Below are positions 33,603 through 42,715 of a stretch of DNA of 64,000 bases, piece by piece. The notes beneath the pieces were generated by a model that did not search any database, was not told the origin of the DNA, and worked only from the letters and a program-made list of their open reading frames with translations. The position numbers and the translations under genes were made by a program. The stretch spans positions 8,884 to 72,883 of the forward strand of contig CAVRRV010000020.1 in NCBI GenBank assembly GCA_963723615.1. Reading direction: 5' to 3'. Position 1 is the first letter of the stretch, and each line of letters starts with the position of its first letter. Origin of the DNA: an uncultured Actinomycetota bacterium (lineage in GTDB: Bacteria > Actinomycetota > Actinomycetes > Mycobacteriales > Mycobacteriaceae).

Positions 33603-34318
33603 CAGTCCCGCAGCACCCTCCGCATCGCGTCTTTCTCCCTGCCTGACACCCACAGCCGGTAGTCCGTCTTCACCTCGACAAGACGTCCGACAAACGCACA
33701 CCGGAACGCCACGTTCGGCGGCAACCATGAAGCGGCGTCGCGAAATGCCTTGTCGAAGTTAGCCTGACCGGCGACGGCCAGCAGATTGCGCGGATCGTTG
33801 GCGAAGTCGCGGCGGCGCTGGTCGTCCCAGGTGCGTGCGCCCTTGTACCACGCGTCGGACAGCGACACCACATGGTCGATCTGCACGGCGGGAGAGGTGT
33901 CTGGGCCGCGAACGAAGACGATGGTCGCTCCGGTGTAGGGATCGTGCAGGATGCCGCGCTGCGCGAAGCAGGTCCGGGGCCGCACCTGCAGGTCGACCAG
34001 ATCGCGGCGCAGGATGTCGTCGCGGGTGTTGCAACCGTTGTGGCCGAACTCCACGTTGACGTCGTCACTCCACGGCTCGCCGAACCGGGCGCGATTGAAG
34101 TCCTGGACGCGGTCCCAGCCCTTGACGGGCAGTTCCTCCAGCTCACGCCGGACCGCGTCGTAGGTCGGTGTGGACACCGACGACGGCCCGGCCTCGGGCT
34201 GCCGGCTTGCGACGTCGCGGAAGTACAGCCAACCGACGCCCGCGGCGATCGCCAGCACGATCACCAGGGCCAACCCATCCCGCCACCGGCTACGCCGGGC
34301 GGGAATGACACGCGCCAC
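33599..34318 (-). CDS. Membrane-anchored HNH/DUF1524 nuclease-family protein
   Basis: N-terminal transmembrane helix; GCNTRDDIL, QIDHVV, FANDPRNLLAV motifs. Confidence 0.82.
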   Translation of the reverse strand: MARVIPARRSRWRDGLALVIVLAIAAGVGWLYFRDVASRQPEAGPSSVSTPTYDAVRRELEELPVKGWDRVQDFNRARFGEPWSDDVNVEFGHNGCNTRDDILRRDLVDLQVRPRTCFAQRGILHDPYTGATIVFVRGPDTSPAVQIDHVVSLSDAWYKGARTWDDQRRRDFANDPRNLLAVAGQANFDKAFRDAASWLPPNVAFRCAFVGRLVEVKTDYRLWVSGREKDAMRRVLRDC

Positions 34319-34327
34319 ATAGCGGTT

Positions 34328-34354
34328 CTAGCACTTGAGACGGTAGAGTGCTAA
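34328..34354. promoter_or_regulatory. CIRCE element (HrcA operator)
   Basis: CTAGCACTT-N9-GAGTGCTAA versus consensus TTAGCACTC-N9-GAGTGCTAA, 26 bp upstream of the Rv0991c homologue. Confidence 0.88.
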
Positions 34355-34380
34355 ACGTTTAGACCATCACGGAGGTTTGT

Positions 34381-34720
34381 GTGCCCACTTACAGCTATGC
34401 CTGCACCGAGTGCGGCAACCGCTTCGATGTGGTCCAGGCCTTCACCGACGATGCCCTGACCACTTGCGAGCAGTGCTCCGGTCGGCTGCGCAAACTGTTC
34501 AACTCCGTCGGAGTGGTGTTCAAGGGCAGCGGTTTCTACCGCACCGACAGCCGCGAGTCGGCGAAGAGCGAAACCAACGGCTCCGCCAAGACGAGCTCGT
34601 CTTCGGGAACCGACGGGTCGAGTTCCAGTGACAAATCCGGCTCGCTCGGAGAAGTCGACCTCCTCGAGCGACAAGTCGGACTCGACGGCGTCGAAGTCGG
34701 CAGCGACCACCGCCAGCTAG
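34381..34720 (+). CDS. FmdB-family zinc-ribbon protein, Rv0991c homologue; apparent 1-bp frameshift near 34645
   Basis: MPTYSYACTEC...CEQC...VVFKGSGFYRTDSR; the shifted frame continues the Ser/Lys/Thr tail SEKSTSSSDKSDSTASKSAATTAS* ending at 34720. Confidence 0.88.
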
Positions 34721-34785
34721 CCGGTTATCCACAAGCGGCTTCGCTACGGCCGCACTCATTCCCCGGCCACGCCTACGGTTGCGGC

Positions 34786-35448
34786 GTGGGGGATTCCCTG
34801 AAATCACTGAATCCGTCGCTGCCGACTCGGATCTCGCAGTGGTTGCGCCCCAACTGGTCGCGAACCGTGCTGGCCCGGCGAGTTGCCGCGGGCGGGCTCG
34901 TGGTGCTGGCCGGTGTTGCGGCGTTGCGACCCAATCCCGACGGCGACCGTGCGCAAGTGGTGGTCGCGGCACGCGACCTCAGTCCGGGCGCGGAGTTGAC
35001 CGCTGACGATCTTCGGCTCGAAAAGCGTTTGGCCCCAACAATTCCCGACGGATCGCAATCCGACATCGGCACGGTTGTCGGCTCGACACTGGCCGGGCCG
35101 ACACGGCGCGGTGAAGTGCTCACCGACGTCCGGTTGCTGGGCCGCCGACTGGCCGAGTCGGCCGCCGGGCCAGACGCCCGGATAGTGCCGGTGCATCCGG
35201 CGGACAGCGCGCTGACCGACCTGGTGCGACCGGGTGATGTCGTCGACGTGGTGGCGGCGTCAGACGCCGATTCCCACGCCAACCCGAGGGTCGTTGCCAC
35301 CGGTGCCATAGTGGTCCTGGTCTCTGCGAAGCAGAAGGCTCAGGCCGCCTCCAACGATCGAGTGGTGTTGGTTGCGCTGCCGGCCGCCTCTGCCATTGCG
35401 GTCGCCGGCGCCGCGTTGGTGCAAACCGTCACCCTCACGCTGCACTGA
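34786..35448 (+). CDS. SAF-domain protein (Rv0990c homologue)
   Basis: SLNPSL...transmembrane helix, VVVAARDLSPG, GEVLTDVRLLG, LVRPGDVVDV. Confidence 0.85.
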   Translation: MGDSLKSLNPSLPTRISQWLRPNWSRTVLARRVAAGGLVVLAGVAALRPNPDGDRAQVVVAARDLSPGAELTADDLRLEKRLAPTIPDGSQSDIGTVVGSTLAGPTRRGEVLTDVRLLGRRLAESAAGPDARIVPVHPADSALTDLVRPGDVVDVVAASDADSHANPRVVATGAIVVLVSAKQKAQAASNDRVVLVALPAASAIAVAGAALVQTVTLTLH

Positions 35449-35465
35449 CTGCTGCGAAAGCTGTC

Positions 35466-35900
35466 TCAGGCGGCCGCCGGCTGGTCGCTGGCACAGTACT
35501 TGCACTTGTGCGCGGACTCGGGGATGTCCGACATGCACTCGCCACACGCCTTGGTCGCGGGCTCATCACCGAACACCGTTACCCCACGGCGCTTCTGGAT
35601 GTGCTTGTAGGGCAACACGATCACGACGTAGATGGTGGTCATGAAGACGATGAAGTAGACAATCGCGGAGATGAACGATCCAATGTCGACGAAAGTCTCC
35701 TTGTTGCCTGCATTGCCGAGCTGCCAGCCCAACCCCAAACCGACCCCAGGCTGGGCCGCCGCCACCAGCGGATTGATCACACTGTCGGTGAAAGCCTTGA
35801 CCAAGTTGGAAAAGGCCAAGGCCACAACCAACCCGACAGCGACGGTGATCACGTCGCCCCGCATCACAAAATCTCTGAACCCTTTGAACACGCGAGCCAT
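35466..35900 (-). CDS. mscL: Large-conductance mechanosensitive channel with C-terminal CxxC..CxxC
   Basis: FKGFRDFVMRGDVITVAVGLVVALAF TM1 signature; syntenic with Rv0985c. Confidence 0.88.
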   Translation of the reverse strand: MARVFKGFRDFVMRGDVITVAVGLVVALAFSNLVKAFTDSVINPLVAAAQPGVGLGLGWQLGNAGNKETFVDIGSFISAIVYFIVFMTTIYVVIVLPYKHIQKRRGVTVFGDEPATKACGECMSDIPESAHKCKYCASDQPAAA

Positions 35901-36067
35901 CCTCCCGTCAGCAGGACTTACTCGGGCGATGTGACACCGCCCGCGAAAAACGTTATGTCGCTAAGTCCGCATATGGGGGCTTTGCGGCGAATTAGTCATG
36001 CAGGATTGATCGGGCCGTGACATCGGCGGCCAGAATTCGTCACACGAGTTATCCGGCGGACTGCTGC

Positions 36068-36223
36068 TCAAATGTGGTGTGGGGGTACGTTCTCCCTCAG
36101 CCACTGCTCGCGATCATCGGCGTCCCGACTCGCGTGCGGATCACGCTCATCTGTTGACTCTTGCGGCAACTCTGTCCCGAATACCCGGTGAATCGTGTCT
36201 CGATCACTGGCTCGCCTGGTCAT
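36068..36223 (-). CDS. Small conserved actinobacterial hypothetical protein
   Basis: RVFGTELPQESTDERD...WLRENVPPHH* pattern. Confidence 0.7.
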   Translation of the reverse strand: MTRRASDRDTIHRVFGTELPQESTDERDPHASRDADDREQWLRENVPPHHI

Positions 36224-36257
36224 GCCAGGCCCCGCGCGAACATTGTGGAGCTCAGGG

Positions 36258-36803
36258 TCAAATCTCCAAGCTCGAGAGTTCACCGATTATCTGGGTCGCT
36301 AATGGATTCAGGGTCGCCATGCCGTCGCGCACCGCATATCGCGAACCGGCGAGGTTGACCACCAATGTGCTACCCGAGATTCCCGCTAAACCGCGCGACA
36401 ATCCGGCGTCGATGATGCCGGAGGACAAGGCGGAGGCCCGGATGGCTTCGGCTATACCGAGCAATTCGCGGTCGAGAATTTCCCGCGTCGCTTCCGGGGT
36501 GACGTCGCGGGGGGTCACACCGGTGCCGCCGACCGATACCACCAAGTCCACTCCCCCGATCACGGCGGTGTTCAGCGCATTGCGGATCTCCACCTCGTCG
36601 GCGGCGACGGCAACCACGCCGTCGACAACGAACCCCGCTTCGGTGAGCAGCTCGGTGACCAACGGCCCGCTGTGGTCCTCGTCGCCGTGCGCGGTCCGAT
36701 CGTCAACAACCACGACAAGTGCCCTGCCGACCAACTCCGCCCGCTGTTCCATGGTTGCAACCGTATATCTGGGGTCCGACCACGACGCGGCGACTCTCAT
36801 CAC
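36258..36803 (-). CDS. moaB2: MoaB/Mog-family molybdopterin biosynthesis protein (Rv0984)
   Basis: GGVDLVVSVGGTGVTPRDVTPEAT, VVNLAGS. Confidence 0.94.
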   Translation of the reverse strand: MMRVAASWSDPRYTVATMEQRAELVGRALVVVVDDRTAHGDEDHSGPLVTELLTEAGFVVDGVVAVAADEVEIRNALNTAVIGGVDLVVSVGGTGVTPRDVTPEATREILDRELLGIAEAIRASALSSGIIDAGLSRGLAGISGSTLVVNLAGSRYAVRDGMATLNPLATQIIGELSSLEI

Positions 36804-38215
36804 TGCTGGGCCTTGCCCAAGGTGACCTGGACCTTCCGGCTGTCCCCGGACGGATCCTTGTACGTCAGCGTCACTTTGTCGCCAGGTGCCTTGGATCGCA
36901 CCGCGGCGACCAAGGCGTCGGCGCTGTTGACCGGACGGTCGTCGACCTTGGTGACCACGACTCCGCCGGGCAGGCCGGCGGAGGCCGCTGCACCATTCGG
37001 TATCACCTCGACGACTTTGGCGCCGGGTGTGTCCTTGTCGTTGGTGACCTGAACGCCCAGTGAGGCATGCGACGCGGTGCCGGTGCTGATCAGCTCGTCG
37101 GCGATGCGCTTGGCCTGATCGACCGGAATCGCAAAGCCAAGTCCGATCGAACCGCTCTGCGCATCCGGCGAATCACCGCCCAGTGTGGCAATCGCAGAGT
37201 TGACGCCAACCAACTGTCCGGCCATGTTGACCAACGCGCCCCCGGAGTTACCGGGGTTGATCGCGGCGTCGGTCTGGATGGCGTCGAGCACGGTGTTCTG
37301 GTTGCCCGACTCACCGGTCGTCGACACCGGCCGGTTGAGCGCGCTGACAATGCCGGTGGTCACCGTGCCCTCCAGGCCCAGCGGTGAGCCGACCGCCATC
37401 ACGGGCTGGCCGACTCGCAAGTTCGCCGACGACCCGAGGCTGATCGGTGTCAGCCCGGAAACGCCTTGCACACGCACCACTGCGATGTCAGTGGTGGGAT
37501 CTGCCCCAACAACGCTGAACTCCGCGGTGCGCCCGTCGGAGAACGTCACTGTGGTCTTCGGTGGCCCGCCGGCGGGATTGCTGTCGGGCTCCCGGCCGCC
37601 GCCTCCGTCGTCGGACCCCCGATGGGGGGCAGGAGGAGCATGACCGGGGTTGGCCGCGGTGGCGACAACGTGGTTGTTGGTCAGGATCAAACCGTCCGAA
37701 GACAGGACGATGCCTGAACCCTCCTCGGATTGACGACCCAGGTCGGTCTCGAGCATCACCACGCTGGGCACCACCTTGGCAGCGATCTGCTCGACGTTGC
37801 CTACCGGCGCGTTACCAGCGGGCACGCTGGGAGCCGCCCCGCCCGATAACACTCCGTCGGCGGTGGCTGCCAGCTGCCCGTTGTGCTCGATCACCGACGC
37901 GGCCGCACCGCCGATGCCGGCCGATACCACCGCGATCGCCAATGCGCCGACGGCCAATGCACCTGCGCGGGAACGCTTTCGGGGTACGCGCAACTGAGGC
38001 GGCGGCGGGCTGCCTGCGGGCGGCCCGGCCTGACCCGCACCGAATGCACCGTACTGCTGCCGGTACGACGGCTGCTGGCCATAGCGCCAGTCGTACCCCT
38101 GGGGATACGTTTGCTGCTGCCCATGGCCGGAATAGCCTGTGGCCCCACGCTGATCGGACACTGGACGGTATCCGTGCTGTTGCGGCGGTGGCGAATACCT
38201 CGGGTGATTCGTCAT
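36800..38215 (-). CDS. pepD: HtrA-like serine protease PepD (Rv0983)
   Basis: LTNNHV, DIAVV, AAINPGNSGG catalytic triad; C-terminal PDZ domain; transmembrane helix. Confidence 0.96.
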   Translation of the reverse strand: MTNHPRYSPPPQQHGYRPVSDQRGATGYSGHGQQQTYPQGYDWRYGQQPSYRQQYGAFGAGQAGPPAGSPPPPQLRVPRKRSRAGALAVGALAIAVVSAGIGGAAASVIEHNGQLAATADGVLSGGAAPSVPAGNAPVGNVEQIAAKVVPSVVMLETDLGRQSEEGSGIVLSSDGLILTNNHVVATAANPGHAPPAPHRGSDDGGGGREPDSNPAGGPPKTTVTFSDGRTAEFSVVGADPTTDIAVVRVQGVSGLTPISLGSSANLRVGQPVMAVGSPLGLEGTVTTGIVSALNRPVSTTGESGNQNTVLDAIQTDAAINPGNSGGALVNMAGQLVGVNSAIATLGGDSPDAQSGSIGLGFAIPVDQAKRIADELISTGTASHASLGVQVTNDKDTPGAKVVEVIPNGAAASAGLPGGVVVTKVDDRPVNSADALVAAVRSKAPGDKVTLTYKDPSGDSRKVQVTLGKAQQ

Positions 38216-38280
38216 GTCGCTAGGTCGCTCTTTCCTTGTTCCTTGTGGAGTCGGTTCAGACTCAAACAGTAACTTGACAA

Positions 38281-39807
38281 CTACCTTGCCTGCGTGGTCT
38301 GAGAATCGACTGAGATAACGTTGGCTGGACCTGGAGAGTTCCCCGGAGTTGACGAGTCATTAACATCCGGCACATCTTCGTCGTCTGTCGGGTAGTCCGA
38401 GGCAGGCATCGGCCGTCCCGGCAGCAAGACATAGATCGACGCCCCCGGGGGCTGGCCGCCCGGAACGGTGTCTTCGACACGAAGCGCTCCGCCGTGTTTG
38501 AGCACCACCTGTTTGACGATCGCCAGCCCCAGACCCGAACCGGGCATTGCCCGCGCCGTCGTCGAGCGGAAGAACCGCTCGAACACCAGTGCGCGCTCAT
38601 GCACCGGGATCCCCGGTCCGTGGTCGGACACCACCAACTCGGCGTGCGTGGCGTTCAGCTGCCTGAGCCTGACACCGACGTGCTCCCCAGACGGGCTCCA
38701 CTTGGCCGCGTTGTCCATCAGGTTCAGCAGGGCGCGCGACAGGCCCGCGGTGTCGCCGTAGACCTGCCAGGGAGTCACCTCGACGTCGAACTCAATGTCG
38801 TTGCGGCGCCGCCGTACTCGCTCCAGGCAACGGTCGATGACCTCGCCCAAGTCGACCGGCTCGTGCACTACTTCGCCGGCTTCGTCCCGGGTAAGGTCCA
38901 CCAAATCGCCTACCAGCGTCGATAATTCCTCGATCTGCCCGATCACATCGACACGTAGGTCGACCATCTCCTGTTCGGGTAGCGGCGGCGCACCCGGTTG
39001 CATTGCGGCTATGAGCAGTTCGACGTTGGTGCGCAGCGACGTCAGCGGGGTGCGCAGCTCGTGACCGGCATCGGCGACCAGGCGTGTCTGGCGTTCCCGA
39101 GATTCGGCCAAGGCCCGCAGCATCATGTTGAACGCCTCGGTCAGCCGGGCCAATTCGTCGCTTCCGAAAACCGGGATGGGCCGCAAGTCGTCAGTACGCG
39201 CGACCCGCTCGGCGGCCCTGGTCAGCCGGCCCACCGGACGCAGCCCGGCCTGGGTGACCATCCCACCGGCGACCGCGGCCACGGCCATGCCCACCCCGCC
39301 GACGATGAGCAGCACCCAGCGCAGCTTCGTCATCACCGCATCGGTCGGTGCCAGGCTCTTGGAGATCAGCAGCGAGCTGCCGTTCGGCAGATGGACTGCC
39401 AGGACTCGCTGATCGGCAGCGGTGCGCCGGGACATGAACAAGTCGCCGCGGATGACCGCTTTCTCGGGCGGGCCGACCGGCAGCGTCTGGCCCTCCTGGT
39501 TGGCGGTGAAGATCGAGCGGCCAGGGTTCACCAGCATCGCGTTGACGTCCGAATACGCGGTGCCCTCGATGGCTTTTGCCGGGTCGGCCGCCAACGATCC
39601 GCTTGCGATCAAGAGCTGAGCCCTGCTCTGCAGCTGATTGTCGATGTCCTTGTACAGCGCCGCGGAGATCACCGCATACACGGCGACGGCCATCAGGACG
39701 ACCACCATCGCGACCATCGACATCGCCAGCAGCATCACCCGCCACCGCAGCGACAACGAGGTGCTGGCTCGCAGCGGAGCTCGGCTTCGCCGGCGGAACA
39801 AAGGCAT
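38281..39807 (-). CDS. mprB: Sensor histidine kinase MprB
   Basis: DAGHELRTPL H-box, NLMDNAAKW, DHGPGI, GSGLGLAIV; HAMP domain. Confidence 0.97.
   Translation of the reverse strand: MPLFRRRSRAPLRASTSLSLRWRVMLLAMSMVAMVVVLMAVAVYAVISAALYKDIDNQLQSRAQLLIASGSLAADPAKAIEGTAYSDVNAMLVNPGRSIFTANQEGQTLPVGPPEKAVIRGDLFMSRRTAADQRVLAVHLPNGSSLLISKSLAPTDAVMTKLRWVLLIVGGVGMAVAAVAGGMVTQAGLRPVGRLTRAAERVARTDDLRPIPVFGSDELARLTEAFNMMLRALAESRERQTRLVADAGHELRTPLTSLRTNVELLIAAMQPGAPPLPEQEMVDLRVDVIGQIEELSTLVGDLVDLTRDEAGEVVHEPVDLGEVIDRCLERVRRRRNDIEFDVEVTPWQVYGDTAGLSRALLNLMDNAAKWSPSGEHVGVRLRQLNATHAELVVSDHGPGIPVHERALVFERFFRSTTARAMPGSGLGLAIVKQVVLKHGGALRVEDTVPGGQPPGASIYVLLPGRPMPASDYPTDDEDVPDVNDSSTPGNSPGPANVISVDSQTTQAR
38299..38315 (-). 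promoter_or_regulatory. MprA box upstream of pepD (inside the mprB 3' end)
   Basis: TCTCAG-N5-TCTCAG on the minus strand. Confidence 0.75.
38317..38342 (-). promoter_or_regulatory. Candidate SigE-type promoter for pepD
   Basis: GGAACT-N16-CGTT on the minus strand. Confidence 0.5.
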
Positions 39808-40499
39808 TAGGGGGGTGTTTCGCGAAGCACGTAACCCACTCCCCGGACGGTGTGGATCAGTCGCGGCTCGCTATTGGCTTCGGTCTTGCGACGCAGGTAT
39901 CCCACATACACTTCCAGCGCATTACCCGAGGTGGGAAAGTCGAAGCCCCACACCTCCTCGAGAATCCGGCTGCGGGTCAATACCCGTCGCGGATTGGCGA
40001 TCAACATCTCCAGCAAAGCGAATTCGGTGCGGGTAAGGCTGATCTGGCGTTGCCCGCGGGTGACTTCACGAGTCACCGAATCGAGGGTAAGGTCTGCGAA
40101 CGTCATGGCCACCGATTCGCTGGAATCTTCGATTCTTGTGCGGCGCAGCAGAGCCCGCATGCGAGCCAGCAGCTCTTCAAGCGCGAATGGCTTGGGCAGA
40201 TAGTCGTCGGCGCCGGCATCGAGGCCGGCGACCCGCTCGGAAACCGTATCGCGGGCGGTCAGCACCAGGATCGGCAGATCGTCCCCGGTGCTGCGCAGTT
40301 GACGGCATACCTCAAGACCGTCCAGCCGCGGCATCATGACGTCGAGGACGAGCCCGTCGGGCCGGTCGGCGGCGATCATCTCGAGGGCCTCGACGCCGTC
40401 CTCCGCCAACGAGACCGAGTAGCCGTTGAAGGAAAGCGACCTGCGCAGTGACTCGCGTACCGCGCGGTCGTCGTCAACGACAAGAATTCGCACGGCCAC
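39807..40499 (-). CDS. mprA: Response regulator MprA
   Basis: [29 protein letters not shown], OmpR w[11 protein letters not shown]. Confidence 0.97.
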   Translation of the reverse strand: MAVRILVVDDDRAVRESLRRSLSFNGYSVSLAEDGVEALEMIAADRPDGLVLDVMMPRLDGLEVCRQLRSTGDDLPILVLTARDTVSERVAGLDAGADDYLPKPFALEELLARMRALLRRTRIEDSSESVAMTFADLTLDSVTREVTRGQRQISLTRTEFALLEMLIANPRRVLTRSRILEEVWGFDFPTSGNALEVYVGYLRRKTEANSEPRLIHTVRGVGYVLRETPP

Positions 40500-40516
40500 C
40501 AGTTTTATCCAATCGC

Positions 40517-40533
40517 CTGAGAACGGCCTGAGA
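40517..40533 (-). promoter_or_regulatory. MprA box upstream of mprA
   Basis: TCTCAG-GCCGT-TCTCAG on the minus strand. Confidence 0.8.
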
Positions 40534-40600
40534 GGTCAGCAAACTGATCACTGCAAATTGCTCGCGTTGTCGCCGGGAGACAGGGCTCACGGCAAAGAAA

Positions 40601-40774
40601 TTAGCGGCGATCGAGGTCAATCAGACCGAGGCGCGCCGCCTTGAGCAGCCGGCGCGGCACCTTGTGGTGCTGGCCGGCCACCGTCACGCTGACCAGCTCC
40701 GGCTTGTCAGCCTTCCAGTGCGCGCGCCGACTCCGGGTGTTCGCGCGCGACATCCTGCGCTTTGGCACAGCCAT
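40601..40774 (-). CDS. rpmF: 50S ribosomal protein L32 (absent from the ORF track, 57 aa)
   Basis: [57 protein letters not shown]. Confidence 0.97.
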   Translation of the reverse strand: MAVPKRRMSRANTRSRRAHWKADKPELVSVTVAGQHHKVPRRLLKAARLGLIDLDRR

Positions 40775-40945
40775 AATCAGGCCTTACTCCTGGTGGGGGT
40801 CGCCGCACAAACAGCCTCGGCAGCGACAGTTGCCACCAATAGTAATCGGTGACCTGCTGCGCAGAAAAATCGGCTCCTGAACGCGACGAGCCAAAGGGGG
40901 CATCCTTGACGTGACACCGGCGGTACCCGCTAACCTACCGGTTGG

Positions 40946-42715
40946 TTGGTGCGTCCGGCTGGAGGGAGGACACGCGTGGCTTCTTCTTCTGGTATTTCGA
41001 GTTCTTCTGGTGCCTCGGCTTCCCCGGCCCCGGTTCGCATCGGGAACTGCTCGGGGTTCTACGGCGACCGGCTTTCCGCGATGCGCGAGATGCTCACCGG
41101 CGGCGAGCTGGACTACCTGACCGGTGATTACCTGGCCGAGCTGACCATGCTGATTCTCGGCCGCGACCGGATGAAGCATCCCGATCGCGGCTACGCCAAG
41201 ACCTTCCTGACTCAACTCGAGGAGTGCCTGGGGCTGGCTCAGGACCGCGGCGTCCGCATCGTCACCAACGCCGGCGGCCTCAACCCTGCCGGCCTCGCGG
41301 ACGCGGTGCGCGCGCTGGCGCAGCGCCTCGGTGTGCCGGTTCGGGTCGCCCACGTCGGCGGTGACGACCTGGCCCCCCGAGCCGAGGAACTCGGGCTGGG
41401 CAAGCCGCTGACGGCCAACGCCTACCTGGGTGCCTGGGGCATCGTCGACTGCCTCGACAGCGGCGCCGACGTCGTCGTCACCGGACGAGTGACCGACGCG
41501 TCGGTGACGGTCGGGCCCGCGGCCGCGCATTTCGGCTGGAGCCGGGCTGACTACCACCAACTGGCCGGCGCCGTGGTCGCCGGCCACGTGATCGAATGCG
41601 GCATCCAGGCCACCGGCGGCAACTTCTCGTTTTTCACCGAGGTCCCTGATTTGACCTACGCCGGTTTCCCCCTGGCCGAGATCCACGCCGACGGCTCGTC
41701 GGTGGTCACCAAGCACCCCGGCACCGGCGGCCTGGTCAGCGTCGACACCGTCACCGCGCAACTGCTCTACGAGATCACCGGCGCCCGATACGCCAACCCG
41801 GACGTCACGGCCCGGATGGACACCATTGCGTTGTCCGATGACGGGCCCGACCGGGTGCGGATCAGCGGCGTGGCCGGCGAGCCACCGCCGCCCACGTTGA
41901 AGGTGTCGCTGAACAGCATTGGGGGGTTCCGCAACTCGATGACGTTCGTGCTGACCGGCTTGGACATCGAAGCGAAGGCGGAGTTGGTGCGACGCCAGTT
42001 GGAGGCCGCGCTCACCGTCAAGCCCGCCGAGTTGGAGTGGACCCTGGCCCGCACCGACCACGACGACGCCGACACCGAGGAGGCGGCCAGCGCCCTGCTG
42101 CGCTGCGTGCTCCGCGACCCCGACCCGGCAAACGTCGGTCGCCAGTTTTCCTCGGCCGCAGTGGAATTGGCGCTCGCGAGCTATCCGGGCTTTACCGTCA
42201 CCGCCCCGCCTGGCGACGGTCAGGTGTACGGGGTGTTCACCCCCGGCTACGTCGATGCCGCCAAGGTGCCGCACATCGCTGTCCGCGCCGACGGCGCCCG
42301 CGTCGAGATCCCCTGTGCCACAGACACTCTTGAGCTGACGCCGGCTGACCCGCCGCCGTTGCCGGAGTCGTTGCCTGCGGGGCCGACGCGGCGGGTGCCC
42401 CTCGGTCGGATCGCCGCAGCGCGCAGCGGCGACAAAGGCGGTTCGGCCAACGTCGGGGTATGGGTGCGCACCGAGGAGCAGTGGCGCTGGCTGGCCAACA
42501 CCCTCACCGTCGAGCTGCTCAAGCAGCTCCTGCCCGAGACGGCCGACCTGCCGGTCACCCGGCATCTGCTGCCCAACCTGCGGGCGGTGAATTTCGTCAT
42601 CGACGGCATCCTCGGTCAGGGCGTCGCCTACCAGGCGCGATTCGATCCGCAGGCCAAGGGGCTGGGTGAATGGCTGCGCAGCCGCCATGTCGACATTCCA
42701 GAAAGGCTGTTGTGA
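40946..42715 (+). CDS. AtuA-like acyclic terpene utilisation protein (Rv0976c)
   Basis: IGNCSGFYGDR, DYLAELTM, ARSGDKGG. Confidence 0.92.
   Translation: MVRPAGGRTRVASSSGISSSSGASASPAPVRIGNCSGFYGDRLSAMREMLTGGELDYLTGDYLAELTMLILGRDRMKHPDRGYAKTFLTQLEECLGLAQDRGVRIVTNAGGLNPAGLADAVRALAQRLGVPVRVAHVGGDDLAPRAEELGLGKPLTANAYLGAWGIVDCLDSGADVVVTGRVTDASVTVGPAAAHFGWSRADYHQLAGAVVAGHVIECGIQATGGNFSFFTEVPDLTYAGFPLAEIHADGSSVVTKHPGTGGLVSVDTVTAQLLYEITGARYANPDVTARMDTIALSDDGPDRVRISGVAGEPPPPTLKVSLNSIGGFRNSMTFVLTGLDIEAKAELVRRQLEAALTVKPAELEWTLARTDHDDADTEEAASALLRCVLRDPDPANVGRQFSSAAVELALASYPGFTVTAPPGDGQVYGVFTPGYVDAAKVPHIAVRADGARVEIPCATDTLELTPADPPPLPESLPAGPTRRVPLGRIAAARSGDKGGSANVGVWVRTEEQWRWLANTLTVELLKQLLPETADLPVTRHLLPNLRAVNFVIDGILGQGVAYQARFDPQAKGLGEWLRSRHVDIPERLL

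Noticed and set aside
32979-33728. 552-aa N-terminally extended GalU in the ORF track
   Set aside because: The extension is antisense to the 5-formyl-THF cyclo-ligase gene; GalU homology starts near 32978.
37555-37660. Pro/Gly-rich insertion in the PepD protease domain
   Set aside because: Variable surface loop typical of HtrA orthologues; no sign of a mobile or repeat origin.
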